From Oceanispirochaeta sp. (GTDB taxonomy: Bacteria > Spirochaetota > Spirochaetia > DSM-2461), in the NCBI GenBank assembly GCA_963663385.2, contig CAXXXD010000004.1, positions 800,001 to 864,000 on the forward strand: DNA of 64,000 nt, given 5' to 3'. Positions 1 through 9,943 of the stretch are shown here, one piece after another. Each line of letters opens with the position of its first letter. Position 1 is the first letter of the stretch. A program made the translations under genes and the position numbers. The notes under the pieces were generated by a model. It made no database searches. It was not told the DNA's origin and saw nothing but the letters and a program-made list of their open reading frames with translations.

Positions 1-5
1 TGGGA

Positions 6-239
6 ATGATTTTGATTATGGGAGGATTGCTGATACTGAAAGTCCTGTTTCTTCTGCTTGGACTGATCTTTACGGGAGTCGGTTTCTTTCTGAAAATAAT
101 ACTGACGGTTGTTTTCTGTGTCATATTCTTTCCCCTGGCGGCTACCGTACTGGGTGTTGTCTTTTCAGGAGGATTTTTCATTGTCCTTATGATATTGATC
201 GGTCTGGGGGCTCTGGTCGGAGAGAAGAACCCCGGCTGA
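6..239 (+). CDS. small hydrophobic membrane protein (may extend upstream of window)
   Basis: 77-aa ORF that is almost entirely hydrophobic; its stop abuts the stop of the convergent SulP gene. Confidence 0.6.
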   Translation: MILIMGGLLILKVLFLLLGLIFTGVGFFLKIILTVVFCVIFFPLAATVLGVVFSGGFFIVLMILIGLGALVGEKNPG

Positions 240-241
240 TG

Positions 242-1918
242 TTAAAGGGTTTCCCCGTAGGCAATGGCATCCTGTATTTCAGGAAATATATTTGTTTCCT
301 CAATGGTACCCATTTTGTTAAACTTCTCTTTTAATCGGTCATTAACCCCCGAAAAGAGGATATGAATGTTCTTTTTTTTCATATCTTTCAGGAATACCTC
401 CAGTTTCGTGAGACCTGAAGTATCAATCAGAGGAACATAACGGAATCGGAGGATCAGAACCCGGGTGTCTTTTTTTATACTCCCTTTCAGGTTGAGCAAA
501 TGATGAACCGAGCCGAAAAACATGGGGCCGTTCAGCTCGAAAATCCGGATATGCCGGGAGTATTCTCCGATTTCCTGGGAGAATATCTTCTGGTCATTAA
601 CCTTTGATGTCATCAAAGGTGTGAGTTCCATGGAATCCGACATCCTTTTCATAAAGAGGATGGTCGACAGGATAAAACCGGCCGGAATGGCAACGGTCAA
701 ATCCGTTATCAGAGTGAGGGCGAATGTGGTCAGCAGAACAATTGACTCATAGCGGTTGATTTTCAATGTGTTTCTGAATACATGGAGTTCGCTCATATTC
801 CAGGCAACAATTATCAGGATACCCGCCAGGGTGCTCATGGGGATAAAACCCACGACAGGCATGGCCACCACGTAAATCAGAAGCAGGGTCGCGGCATGAA
901 TAATACCGGCCAGGGGCGTTCTGCCGCCATTATTGATGTTGGCAGCTGTCCGGGCTATGGCCCCTGTTGCCGGTATGCCCCCGAAAAGGGGCAGGATGGC
1001 ATTGGCGGTGCCCTGGGCAATCAGTTCAATATTGGAACGATGATGGCCGCCGATCATGCTGTCTGCCACAACGGCAGACAGAAGGGATTCCAGAGCGCCA
1101 AGCAGGGCAATGGTAATCGCCGGAGGGAGGAGCTCTGCGATACGGGACGGATTAAGATTGAAGTGCTGCAGATGAGGCAGGGAAAAAGCCAGATTGCCAA
1201 AACGGCTTCCGATCGTTTCTACAGGAAGCCCGGCCAGTTTCGCCGCCAGTGTGGTAAGGATAAGGGCGGCAAACGCAGGCGGAACCTTCCCGGATATTCG
1301 GGGTATTAAAAGGATCAGTATTATGGTTGTCAGTCCGATGGTGAGAGACCAGGGATCGGCGCAGTGGATATGGCTGATGTAATACCCCCACTTTCCCAGA
1401 AAGGATTCGGGTATCCCCGCAGCAGGCAGACCGAGGAAGTCCTTGATCTGTGTTGTAAAGATAATAGCTCCGATGGCAGTGGTAAAGCCGGTTATCAGGG
1501 TCTGGGGGATGTATTTTAAAAGAGAGCCCATCCTGAAGAGTCCCATTAATATGAGGATAATGCCGGCCAGAAAGGTGGAGATAAGCAGGCCATCCATACC
1601 ATACCGTTTTATAATTGAAAAAATAATGACAATAAAAGCCCCCGTTGGGCCTCCTATCTGTACGCGGCTTCCTCCCAGGATGGAAATGATTAAACCGCCG
1701 ATGATGGCTGTCTGTATCCCTACTTCCGGAGAAACACCTGATGCGATAGCAAAAGCTATGGCCAGGGGAAGGGCGATAATCCCTACCATAATTCCGGCTG
1801 TTATATCTTTCTGTATCTGTTTTTTAGTTATCCCTTCTTTTAAAAGGGTAAATAGTTTTGGCTGCCATTCTGTGGATATCATGGTTGATGGTTTAATCCT
1901 TTTTTCAGGATTAGGCAA
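242..1918 (-). CDS. sulP: SulP/SLC26 family anion permease with C-terminal STAS domain
   Basis: DITAGIMVGIIALPLAIAFAIASG, GGSRVQIGGPTGAF, ATGAIARTAANINNGGRTP and STAS-like NGPMFFGS...IDTSG. Confidence 0.93.
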   Translation of the reverse strand: MPNPEKRIKPSTMISTEWQPKLFTLLKEGITKKQIQKDITAGIMVGIIALPLAIAFAIASGVSPEVGIQTAIIGGLIISILGGSRVQIGGPTGAFIVIIFSIIKRYGMDGLLISTFLAGIILILMGLFRMGSLLKYIPQTLITGFTTAIGAIIFTTQIKDFLGLPAAGIPESFLGKWGYYISHIHCADPWSLTIGLTTIILILLIPRISGKVPPAFAALILTTLAAKLAGLPVETIGSRFGNLAFSLPHLQHFNLNPSRIAELLPPAITIALLGALESLLSAVVADSMIGGHHRSNIELIAQGTANAILPLFGGIPATGAIARTAANINNGGRTPLAGIIHAATLLLIYVVAMPVVGFIPMSTLAGILIIVAWNMSELHVFRNTLKINRYESIVLLTTFALTLITDLTVAIPAGFILSTILFMKRMSDSMELTPLMTSKVNDQKIFSQEIGEYSRHIRIFELNGPMFFGSVHHLLNLKGSIKKDTRVLILRFRYVPLIDTSGLTKLEVFLKDMKKKNIHILFSGVNDRLKEKFNKMGTIEETNIFPEIQDAIAYGETL

Positions 1919-2054
1919 TATGTTCTGTAATACTTTTTATGGATATAAAATATTCCGGTATTACTAATATTTTGATAGATGACGGGAAGATCAGGAGCCG
2001 AAACCGCAGGTATGGGATCTTGCCTGTTTTGCCGAAGCGTGATTTGATAGAGAC

Positions 2055-3509
2055 ATGACCTTACTCTGGTACGACCTTGAAACTTTCGGGAAAAATCCCC
2101 GCTGGGACCGTGTGGCTCAGTTTGCCGCTGTCAGAACAAATGACCGGTTTGAACCGGTAGAGGACCCCATCGTCCTTTACTGCCGGATTACTCCCGACTA
2201 TGTACCCGATCCCTATGCCTGTCTGGTCACAGGCATCACTCCCCAGGAAACCCTTGATAAAGGCCTTAGAGAGTATGATTTTATCAAGGCTATCGACAAG
2301 GAGTTCTCCCGTCCGGGGACCTGCACTGTAGGGTACAACAGTATCCGTTTCGATGACGAGTTTATCCGCAACCTCTATTACAGAAATTTTTTCGATCCCT
2401 ATCGAAGGGAGTGGGCAGATGGGAATTCCCGCTGGGATATTCTGGATCTTGTCCGGGCAACACATGACCTCAGGCCGGAGGGGATCAACTGGATTAAACA
2501 TGAGGACGGGCGACCCCTGTTCAAGCTTGAAAAACTGACAGAAGCAAACGGCATTTCCCATGAACATGCCCATGACGCCCTCTCCGATGTTTATGCAACC
2601 ATTGCCATGGCAAAACTTATATCCGACAAGCAGCCCAAGCTGTTCCGCTGGGTATTCCATAACAGGAAAAAGGACGATCTGCGGCGGATAATCAATCTGG
2701 ATACCAGGGAGCCTGTCGTTCATACCTCGGGTATGCTGACCGGCATGAAAGGCTGCACGTCTCTGATGGCTCCTCTGGTAACAGACCCGGTTGTCCGCAA
2801 TATGGTACACTGTTTCGATCTGCGTTACAGTCCCATCCCCCTGATGGAGCTGTCTGTCGAGGACATCCGTCACCGTCTGTTTACACCCCGTAAACAGCTG
2901 GAAGAGGAGGGGGTTGAACGCATTCCTCTTAAGGGAATTCATCTTGGCAAGTGCCCGGTTGTGGCTCCTCTCGGTACTCTGGACGATGAAGCGGCGGAGC
3001 GTCTTGAGATTGACCGCAGTAAATGTATGCAGCACTGGGACATGCTGCAGAGTGATCCCTCCCTGCTGCAGAAAGTTCGTAAAGTATTCGAAAAAGAGAA
3101 GCCTGCTTTCCCTTCCGAGGAAGATCCTGATATGCAGATCTATTCGGGAGGGTTCTTCCGGGATGACGACAAGGCACGCCTGAGTATTATCCATGAAACC
3201 GAACCGGAGGAACTGAAAAATCTGACCCTCAATTTTCATGATCCCAGGATATCCGAAATGCTCCGCCGTTTTATCGGACGGAATTTTCCCCAGACTCTGG
3301 ATGAAGAGGAAATGCGCATCTGGAAGAGTTCCTGTGCTGCCCGCATCCTCTTTCCCAAAGGGAAAGGTTTGATGGATCACGGGGAGTTTCTGAAAATTCT
3401 GGAACAGCTTAAGTATTCCACCGATGTCACACCGCGGCAGAAAGTCGTGGTTAAAGCCCTGGCCGATTATGAACAGATTCTTCAGAAGCAGGTTCTGTCG
3501 CATAAGTAA
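2055..3509 (+). CDS. sbcB: exodeoxyribonuclease I
   Basis: DEDDh motifs WYDLETFG, GYNSIRFDDE and HAHDALSDV; C-terminal QIYSGGFF; 484 aa. Confidence 0.93.
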   Translation: MTLLWYDLETFGKNPRWDRVAQFAAVRTNDRFEPVEDPIVLYCRITPDYVPDPYACLVTGITPQETLDKGLREYDFIKAIDKEFSRPGTCTVGYNSIRFDDEFIRNLYYRNFFDPYRREWADGNSRWDILDLVRATHDLRPEGINWIKHEDGRPLFKLEKLTEANGISHEHAHDALSDVYATIAMAKLISDKQPKLFRWVFHNRKKDDLRRIINLDTREPVVHTSGMLTGMKGCTSLMAPLVTDPVVRNMVHCFDLRYSPIPLMELSVEDIRHRLFTPRKQLEEEGVERIPLKGIHLGKCPVVAPLGTLDDEAAERLEIDRSKCMQHWDMLQSDPSLLQKVRKVFEKEKPAFPSEEDPDMQIYSGGFFRDDDKARLSIIHETEPEELKNLTLNFHDPRISEMLRRFIGRNFPQTLDEEEMRIWKSSCAARILFPKGKGLMDHGEFLKILEQLKYSTDVTPRQKVVVKALADYEQILQKQVLSHK

Positions 3510-3531
3510 TTGTTTTTTTGGGGGACTTTTC

Positions 3532-4365
3532 GGGGACGGAGGTTACATTTTTGTTTTATTTTAATAATTTCTAACGATATTAGCAGGGCTGATGGCTCGA
3601 AAGGATTTCAGGATGCTGGAAGGTGCTGTTGATATTATTAGAATCCGGCTGATTAATGAACAATAGAGCGGATCTTCTTGTTAATTGATCGGTTTGAATT
3701 AGGTTTGCTTTTGAAGTTGACGGTTCTCAATTGTTTTCATGATTTAGTGGGAAATCGATTATAGAGAATATTTTGGAAAGCTTGACAGGATATTTTGTTA
3801 GCTGAATACCAGTTTTATCCAGTCATCGGGAGGATCCATTATCTTGTATCTTCCCCTGACTAATTCATATAGACCACAATAGATGTATTTTCTGGCATCC
3901 ATACAAATTCCGGCTTTAACGGGATTGTTGGTAATATAGTTGAAGGTGTTGATAAACTGAATGAAGTTTCTGACTATGACACTTTTAAAGCGGTCATACC
4001 ACACATGTCCTTTAAAGCCGTTTATTTTATTAAAGCGGATGGCAAAAACACTCAAAATCCATTGCATCAACTTTGACAGGCTCGTTCCGGTTCCCGGTTC
4101 TATCAACAAATGAATATGATTACTCATTACACTGTAATGCAATATCTTAAAGCTGTACTTCTTTTTCGCAGAAGATAAAACGGTTATGAACAGCTCTTTG
4201 ATTTCATCGTGATCCAAAACGAATTCTCCTCGATTGATTTTAGCCGTAATATGGTAAGTGGCTCCTGCCTGGATGATTCTTGCCTTTCTCATACTGAATT
4301 AACTGATGAATATTTAGTGGTGATTCAATCCTGTTGCAAAAGTTAAAAACAAAACCTCCGTCCCC
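3532..4365. mobile_element. RAYT/IS200-like HUH transposase element bounded by inverted repeats
   Basis: GGGGACGGAGGTT at 3532-3544 and its exact reverse complement AACCTCCGTCCCC at 4353-4365 enclose an AT-rich segment containing a Y1 transposase. Confidence 0.7.
3798..4292 (-). CDS. REP-associated tyrosine transposase (Y1_Tnp family)
   Basis: YHITAK, VMSNHIHLLI (HUH motif), GHVWYDRFKS, YITNNPVKAG (catalytic Tyr). Confidence 0.88.
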   Translation of the reverse strand: MRKARIIQAGATYHITAKINRGEFVLDHDEIKELFITVLSSAKKKYSFKILHYSVMSNHIHLLIEPGTGTSLSKLMQWILSVFAIRFNKINGFKGHVWYDRFKSVIVRNFIQFINTFNYITNNPVKAGICMDARKYIYCGLYELVRGRYKIMDPPDDWIKLVFS

Positions 4366-4379
4366 TCCAGAAATTCCTC

Positions 4380-4419
4380 TTGACCTCCGGTATAGACCAT
4401 GCTATTAATGGACTATACC
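4380..4419 (+). promoter_or_regulatory. sigma70 promoter overlapped by a GntR-type operator
   Basis: TTGACC-N17-TATTAA (4380-4408); inverted repeat GGTATAGACCAT-N7-ATGGACTATACC (4389-4419) with GT-N-TA-N-AC-like halves. Confidence 0.65.
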
Positions 4420-4437
4420 AATTTTACGGTGGTACAT

Positions 4438-5427
4438 ATGATCAAGGTGGAAATAGATAAAAGCAGCGCTGTCCCCGTCTACAGGCAGCTTATGCAGAAT
4501 ATTGTCCGGCAGGTTAAAGACGGGCAATTGAAGCCGGGGGACAAACTGCCTCCCGAAAGGGAGCTGGCCCTTGAGCTGGATGTGGCCCGGGGGACGGTAA
4601 AGAAAGCCTACAGCGAGCTGGAAAATACCCGCATTATTGACGTTATTCAGGGGCGGGGCAGTTTTGTCGCCAGAGCTCAGGATGTGGTTGTTCAGAGCCG
4701 GAAAGACAGGGCTGTTTCCCTGATCGATCATGCCCTGGACGAGCTGGAAGATCTGAAATTCTCCAGGCAGGAAATCCAGACTTTTTTTCACCTTCTGATG
4801 ATGAAGCGGGAGCAGCGTATCCTGGATTTCAATGTGGCCGTTATCGACTGCAATATGGAAGCCCTTTCTGTTATAGAAAAGCAGCTGCAGTATATTTCCC
4901 GCATTAAAATTCATAAATACCTGCTGGATGATCTGAATAACGAAAACGATCCCCAGCAGAGGCTGAGCGGGTTTGACATCATCATTACAACATCCACTCA
5001 TTTCAGTGAGTTGACGGGACTTCTTCCCGATCTGGCGGACCGGATTGTGCAGGCGGCTCTCTCTCCCAGTCAGCAGACAATTATTGATCTGGCTTCCATC
5101 AAGTCGGAGAACAGTATCGGTATTATCTGTCACAGTAACCGCTTCCGGGATATTATTAAATCCAGACTGAAAACCTTCGGAATCCCCACAAAATCCATTC
5201 CCACCCTCAGAGCGGAAAAGGAGAAGGATTACCATGCTTTTCTAAAGGATAAACAGGTTATTATCGTTCCTCCCGACAGTTCGATCGGAGAAGGAAAAAT
5301 CCGGGCCGCCGCTCTGCAGGATTTTACCACACGGGGCGGGACGGTTATCCCTTTCAACTATCAGATAGACAGGGGCTCCCTGATCTATATCGAGGAGCAG
5401 ATCTCCGAAAGGCTGAATAAAAAATGA
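4438..5427 (+). CDS. GntR family transcriptional regulator of the glutamate mutase operon
   Basis: PVYRQL...[28 protein letters not shown] winged HTH; start moved to ATG 4438 because 4399 lies inside the promoter. Confidence 0.9.
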   Translation: MIKVEIDKSSAVPVYRQLMQNIVRQVKDGQLKPGDKLPPERELALELDVARGTVKKAYSELENTRIIDVIQGRGSFVARAQDVVVQSRKDRAVSLIDHALDELEDLKFSRQEIQTFFHLLMMKREQRILDFNVAVIDCNMEALSVIEKQLQYISRIKIHKYLLDDLNNENDPQQRLSGFDIIITTSTHFSELTGLLPDLADRIVQAALSPSQQTIIDLASIKSENSIGIICHSNRFRDIIKSRLKTFGIPTKSIPTLRAEKEKDYHAFLKDKQVIIVPPDSSIGEGKIRAAALQDFTTRGGTVIPFNYQIDRGSLIYIEEQISERLNKK

Positions 5428-5846
5428 GTGCAGAAGGAAGAACGATTGTATTGGGTGTAATCGGGGCGGATTGCCACTCCGTAGGGAACAAGATCCTGGA
5501 CCGCTTTTTTACAGAGGCCGGGTTTAGGGTGATTAATCTGGGAGTCATGGTCAGTCAGGATGAATACATTGATGCGGCCATTGAGACAGATGCGGACGCC
5601 ATCCTGGTATCTTCCCTCTACGGCCATGGCGAGATCGACTGTCAGGGATTCCGGGACCGCTGCATTGAACGCGGACTGGAGGATATAGTGCTCCATGTGG
5701 GGGGGAACCTGGTTATCGGAAAAGCAGATAAAGAGGCAGTCCGGAAGAAATTCCATGATATGGGATTCGACCGGGTTCATATTGCAGGGACACCTCTGGA
5801 GACAGCTCTGGCGGACTTGAAAACAGACCTGCATATTCAGGACTGA
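5424..5846 (+). CDS. glmS: glutamate (methylaspartate) mutase, B12-binding S subunit
   Basis: [15 protein letters not shown] (DxHxxG), [21 protein letters not shown]. Confidence 0.95.
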   Translation: MSAEGRTIVLGVIGADCHSVGNKILDRFFTEAGFRVINLGVMVSQDEYIDAAIETDADAILVSSLYGHGEIDCQGFRDRCIERGLEDIVLHVGGNLVIGKADKEAVRKKFHDMGFDRVHIAGTPLETALADLKTDLHIQD

Positions 5847-5861
5847 AGGCAGCGCAGGCAG

Positions 5862-7253
5862 ATGGTTATCAGCATCGACATCGGTTCCACCTGGACGAAA
5901 GGGGCTCTCTTCAAACCTGTCCGGGGGCGTCTGGCTATGAGGCAGCGGGAAGTCCTGCCGACCACAGTCCGGGACCTTTCCCGGGGATTTCAGATTGTTC
6001 TGGAACGACTGAAAGGGAAAGCCGAAGCAGATCCCGGCTGGGACGGGAGTCTTTCGGTCTGCTGTTCTTCCTCCGCTCACGGCGGACTGAAGATGGCGGC
6101 TATCGGTGTGGTTCCGGGATTAACCCTTAAAGCCGCCCGGCTGGCTGCGCTTTCGGCGGGGGCTAAACTGGTTTTTTCCCGTTCCTACAGGATGATTCGG
6201 GATGATCTGACGGCTCTGGAAGAAGCCGGTCCGGATATGATACTGCTTACGGGAGGTACCGACGGCGGGAACAGAAGTTTTATTCTGCATAATGCCGAAC
6301 TTCTGAATGAATTGTCCCTGTCGGTTCCCATTCTCTATGCGGGCAACAGGGATTTGAGGGATGATGTAGCCCGCATACTGAAAAACAGGGAGCTCCACCT
6401 GGCGGAAAATGTCCTGCCGGACCTGGAGAACCCCCGTCCCGATGAAGCCAGAGGGCGGATCCGGGAACTTTTTCTTTCCCGGATTATTCAGGGGAAGGGA
6501 TTAACCGGTGTCCGTGATCTGTCCGGTGCTGATCCGGTTCCGACCCCGGCTTCCCTCTATGATTTTCTGCGTCTGGTTGATCAATCCGGAAAGGTGAAGG
6601 AGCCCTTCTGTCTGGTTGACATGGGCGGAGCAACCACCGACTGTTATTCCGTTCGAAGGGATATCCCCGATTCCCGTACGGTGCTGAAGGGCTTGAGGGA
6701 GCCGGATCTGAAGCGGACCGTTGAAGGAGACCTGGGCCTCCGGGTCAGTGCTGCCTCCGTTCTGGAGGCTGAAGACGGGAGCATCTTTTCCGTTATTGAC
6801 CGGGAAGGACTTGACCGGGAGGAATTCAAATCCTATGTAAAACGGATCAGTGCTTCAACCGAATACCTCCCGCAGAATACAAAGGAAAAATCCTATGACC
6901 GCATTCTGGCTGATTTCTGTTTCAGGACAGCCCTTCAGCGCCATGCCGGCCGTGTCCGGGAGGTCTATACCAATCAGGGACAGACCTTTCTGCAGGAAGG
7001 AAAAAACCTGAATGCAGTAAAACTGATTATCGGTACGGGAGGGTATCTTGCTGCATCAGAAGACTATCATCCGGAACAGATACCGCTGACCGGTTTGGAC
7101 AGAAAGGGGCTTCAGATACTGGGACCTGAAGAATTTACATATAGAACGGATAGGGGGTATGTCCTTCCTCTGCTGGCCAATGCCGGCCGGGTCTATCCGG
7201 AAGAATCAGTTAATACAATGCTTGCTCTTTGTGAGGGGAATCTATGGAATTAG
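5862..7253 (+). CDS. glmL: glutamate mutase reactivation factor GlmL/MutL
   Basis: DIGSTWTK, SSAHGGLKM, GGTDGGN, DMGGATTD, KRTVEGDLG; lies between the S and E subunit genes. Confidence 0.92.
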   Translation: MVISIDIGSTWTKGALFKPVRGRLAMRQREVLPTTVRDLSRGFQIVLERLKGKAEADPGWDGSLSVCCSSSAHGGLKMAAIGVVPGLTLKAARLAALSAGAKLVFSRSYRMIRDDLTALEEAGPDMILLTGGTDGGNRSFILHNAELLNELSLSVPILYAGNRDLRDDVARILKNRELHLAENVLPDLENPRPDEARGRIRELFLSRIIQGKGLTGVRDLSGADPVPTPASLYDFLRLVDQSGKVKEPFCLVDMGGATTDCYSVRRDIPDSRTVLKGLREPDLKRTVEGDLGLRVSAASVLEAEDGSIFSVIDREGLDREEFKSYVKRISASTEYLPQNTKEKSYDRILADFCFRTALQRHAGRVREVYTNQGQTFLQEGKNLNAVKLIIGTGGYLAASEDYHPEQIPLTGLDRKGLQILGPEEFTYRTDRGYVLPLLANAGRVYPEESVNTMLALCEGNLWN

Positions 7254-8692
7254 AGAATAAAAATCTGAGCCGGGAAGAGTATCTGTCGGAGCGGGAGTCT
7301 GTCATGACCGGCTGGCGAACCGGTGAGGGAGTCTCTCTGGAAGAGGGCTTCCGTTACCAGCACAGCCTTCCGGAAGGGAAGAAATTCGCCCATGTGTTAA
7401 ACAAGGCTGTTGAGAACAATAAGGTGCTGATTCAGCCACGGGCGGGAGTAGCTCTTGTGGACGAACACATTAAACTGCTGAAATATCTGGAGGAGGAATC
7501 GGATCTTCTCCCCACGACAATAGATGCCTATACCCGGCAGAACCGTTATGCCGAAGCGGAAGAGGGAATCAGAAAATCCCGGGAGGCGGGGCACTCCCTT
7601 CTTAACGGATTTCCGGCGGTCAACCATGGACTTGATTCCTGCCGTCGTATTGTGGAAGCCCTGGATAAACCGGTTGAGATCCGTCACGGAACCCCCGATG
7701 CCCGGCTTCTGGCGGAAATATCTTTTGCCGCCGGATTCAACTCCTTTGAGGGGGGCGGGATCTCCTACAATGTTCCCTACGCCAAAAGTGTTCCCCTGGA
7801 AAAGTCCATCCGGGACTGGCAGTACTGCGACCGCCTTGTGGGGATATATGAACAGGAGGGGATCCGGATAAACCGGGAACCCTTCGGGCCTCTTTCGGGG
7901 ACGCTGGTTCTGCCCTTTATCAGCCACTCCGTTGCCATTATCGAAGGGCTCCTCGCCCTGGAGCAGGGGGTGAAATCCCTGACCCTGGGGTACGGACAGG
8001 CCGGAAATATGGTTCAGGATATCGCAGCCATTCAAACCCTGCGTGAATTGGCTCATAAGTATTTCGGAGAAGCCGGTTATGAGGATTATGAACTCTCTAC
8101 CGTATTCCATCAGTGGATGGGCGGATTCCCCGAGGATGAAGCCCGGGCCTTCTCGGTTATCTCCTGGGGCGGAGCTGTGGCGGCTTTTGCCGGAGCTACC
8201 AAGGTAATTGTTAAAACTCCCCATGAGGCAATGGGAATCCCTACCAGGGAAGCAAACCTGCAGGGGCTCAAGACGACCCGGCAGATTATTCAGATGCTGG
8301 GGGATCAGTGTCTGATCAATATCCGGGAACTGGAGCAGGAAAAAGCCATGATCCACCGTGAAGTGGATGCTGTTCTGGATGCTGTGTTCAAGGCGGGAGA
8401 CGGGGATATCGCCAGAGGGGCCGTTAAAGCTTTTGAAGGAGGCATTATCGATGTTCCCTTTGCCCCGGCTGCCTGTAATGCGGGAAAACTTCTTCCTGTC
8501 CGGGATGATCAGGGAGCTGTGCGGGTCTTTGATCCGGGAAACACCCCTTTCCCGGCGGATGTTCTGGATTTTCACAGGGACAAGGTTCGGGAACGGGCGG
8601 ACAGCGAAGAGCGGGAACCCTGTTTTCAGATGGTAATTGATGATATCTACGCCATAAGCAAAGGGCGACTGGTTGGGAGGCCGCAGAATTGA
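7244..8692 (+). CDS. glmE: glutamate (methylaspartate) mutase E subunit
   Basis: QPRAGV, TIDAYTRQNRY, LNGFPAVNHG, RHGTPDARLL, EGGGISYNVPY, FHQWMGGFP. Confidence 0.96.
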   Translation: MELENKNLSREEYLSERESVMTGWRTGEGVSLEEGFRYQHSLPEGKKFAHVLNKAVENNKVLIQPRAGVALVDEHIKLLKYLEEESDLLPTTIDAYTRQNRYAEAEEGIRKSREAGHSLLNGFPAVNHGLDSCRRIVEALDKPVEIRHGTPDARLLAEISFAAGFNSFEGGGISYNVPYAKSVPLEKSIRDWQYCDRLVGIYEQEGIRINREPFGPLSGTLVLPFISHSVAIIEGLLALEQGVKSLTLGYGQAGNMVQDIAAIQTLRELAHKYFGEAGYEDYELSTVFHQWMGGFPEDEARAFSVISWGGAVAAFAGATKVIVKTPHEAMGIPTREANLQGLKTTRQIIQMLGDQCLINIRELEQEKAMIHREVDAVLDAVFKAGDGDIARGAVKAFEGGIIDVPFAPAACNAGKLLPVRDDQGAVRVFDPGNTPFPADVLDFHRDKVRERADSEEREPCFQMVIDDIYAISKGRLVGRPQN

Positions 8693-9942
8693 AGATTGTA
8701 AAAGTACTGTTTTCTCCGGGTGTGACCGGATTCTTTTTTGATGATCAGAAAGCTATAAAATCGGGTGCCGAACACGATGGGTTTATCTATAAGGGCGAGG
8801 CTGTGACTCCCGGATTCCGGAGTATCCGTATGGCCGGAGAGTCCATTTCGATTCAGCTTGTAATGGAGAACGGCCGGATAGCCCGTGGGGACTGCGCAGC
8901 AGTTCAGTACTCCGGGGCCGGAGGACGGGACCCCCTCTTTCTGGCGGAAACCTATATCCCTTTTCTGGAGAAACATATCAAACCCCCTCTGGAAGGCCGG
9001 AACATCCTCTCTTTCCGGGAGGAAGCTGAGTATTTTGATGCTCTGGAAGTGGAGGGCGGCAAGCTTCACACAGCCCTGCGTTACGGGATTTCCCAGGCCC
9101 TGCTGGATGCGGCGGCTATCGCTTCGAATTGCCTGAAAAGCGAAGTTATCTGCCGGGAGTATGATCTGCCTGTCGTAGCCGAAGGAGTTCCCCTGTTCGC
9201 TCAGACCGGAGACGACCGCTACAATGCGGTGGATAAAATGATTCTGAAAAATGTGGATGTCCTGCCCCACGGGCTTATCAACAATGTGGATGAGAAACTG
9301 GGCCGGAAGGGTGAGAAACTCCTGGAATATGTGGCCTGGCTCCGGAATCGCGTAGGGACTCTGCGGCAGGATGTTTCGTATAAACCGGATCTCCATATCG
9401 ATGTGTACGGAACAATCGGGCTGATTTTTGAGGGTGACACGGATAAAATGGCCGATTATTTCCTGCAGCTGGAAGAGGCGGCCGGAGATTTGCAGCTCTA
9501 TATCGAAGGCCCCGTGGATATGGGAGAGAAACAGGCTCAGATCAAAGCCATGGGAGACCTGAAGAGGGCTCTTGAAGAACGGAACTGCCGTGTTAAAACC
9601 GTAGCGGATGAGTGGTGCAATACCTGGGAGGATATCCGGGATTTTACCGATGCGGGCTGCTGCCATATGGTGCAGATTAAAACCCCCGACCTGGGGAGTG
9701 TGCATAATATTGTGAAAAGCGTGCTCTACTGCCGGGAGAAGGGGATGGAAGCCTATCAGGGGGGGACCTGTAACGAAACGGATATTTCGGCTCAGACCTG
9801 CACCCATATTGCCCTGGCGGTAAGAGCCGAGCGTCTACTTGTTAAGCCCGGGATGGGGTTTGACGAAGGGTTGACTATCGTCAGAAATGAAATGGAACGC
9901 ACCCTTGCGGTTCTTAAATACAAAGCCGGGGAGGACGTCTGA
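8689..9942 (+). CDS. mal: 3-methylaspartate ammonia-lyase
   Basis: FFDDQKAIK, GDCAAVQYSGAGGRDP, LPHGLINN, DVYGTIG, ADEWCNT, QIKTPDLG, GGTCNETD, KPGMGFDEG. Confidence 0.96.
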   Translation: MKIVKVLFSPGVTGFFFDDQKAIKSGAEHDGFIYKGEAVTPGFRSIRMAGESISIQLVMENGRIARGDCAAVQYSGAGGRDPLFLAETYIPFLEKHIKPPLEGRNILSFREEAEYFDALEVEGGKLHTALRYGISQALLDAAAIASNCLKSEVICREYDLPVVAEGVPLFAQTGDDRYNAVDKMILKNVDVLPHGLINNVDEKLGRKGEKLLEYVAWLRNRVGTLRQDVSYKPDLHIDVYGTIGLIFEGDTDKMADYFLQLEEAAGDLQLYIEGPVDMGEKQAQIKAMGDLKRALEERNCRVKTVADEWCNTWEDIRDFTDAGCCHMVQIKTPDLGSVHNIVKSVLYCREKGMEAYQGGTCNETDISAQTCTHIALAVRAERLLVKPGMGFDEGLTIVRNEMERTLAVLKYKAGEDV

Positions 9943-9943
9943 A

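Noticed and set aside
2061..3503. 480-aa antisense ORF to sbcB, and similar shadows at 7397-8575, 8647-9807, 4405-5235 and 25576-26421
   Set aside because: They mirror real genes codon for codon and have no motifs, as expected from codon bias
4399..4437. Longer ORF-track starts for gntR, and likewise 9887, 25627, 27243, 36751, 45610 and 61782
   Set aside because: Downstream starts fit the RBS, promoter position or family N-terminus better
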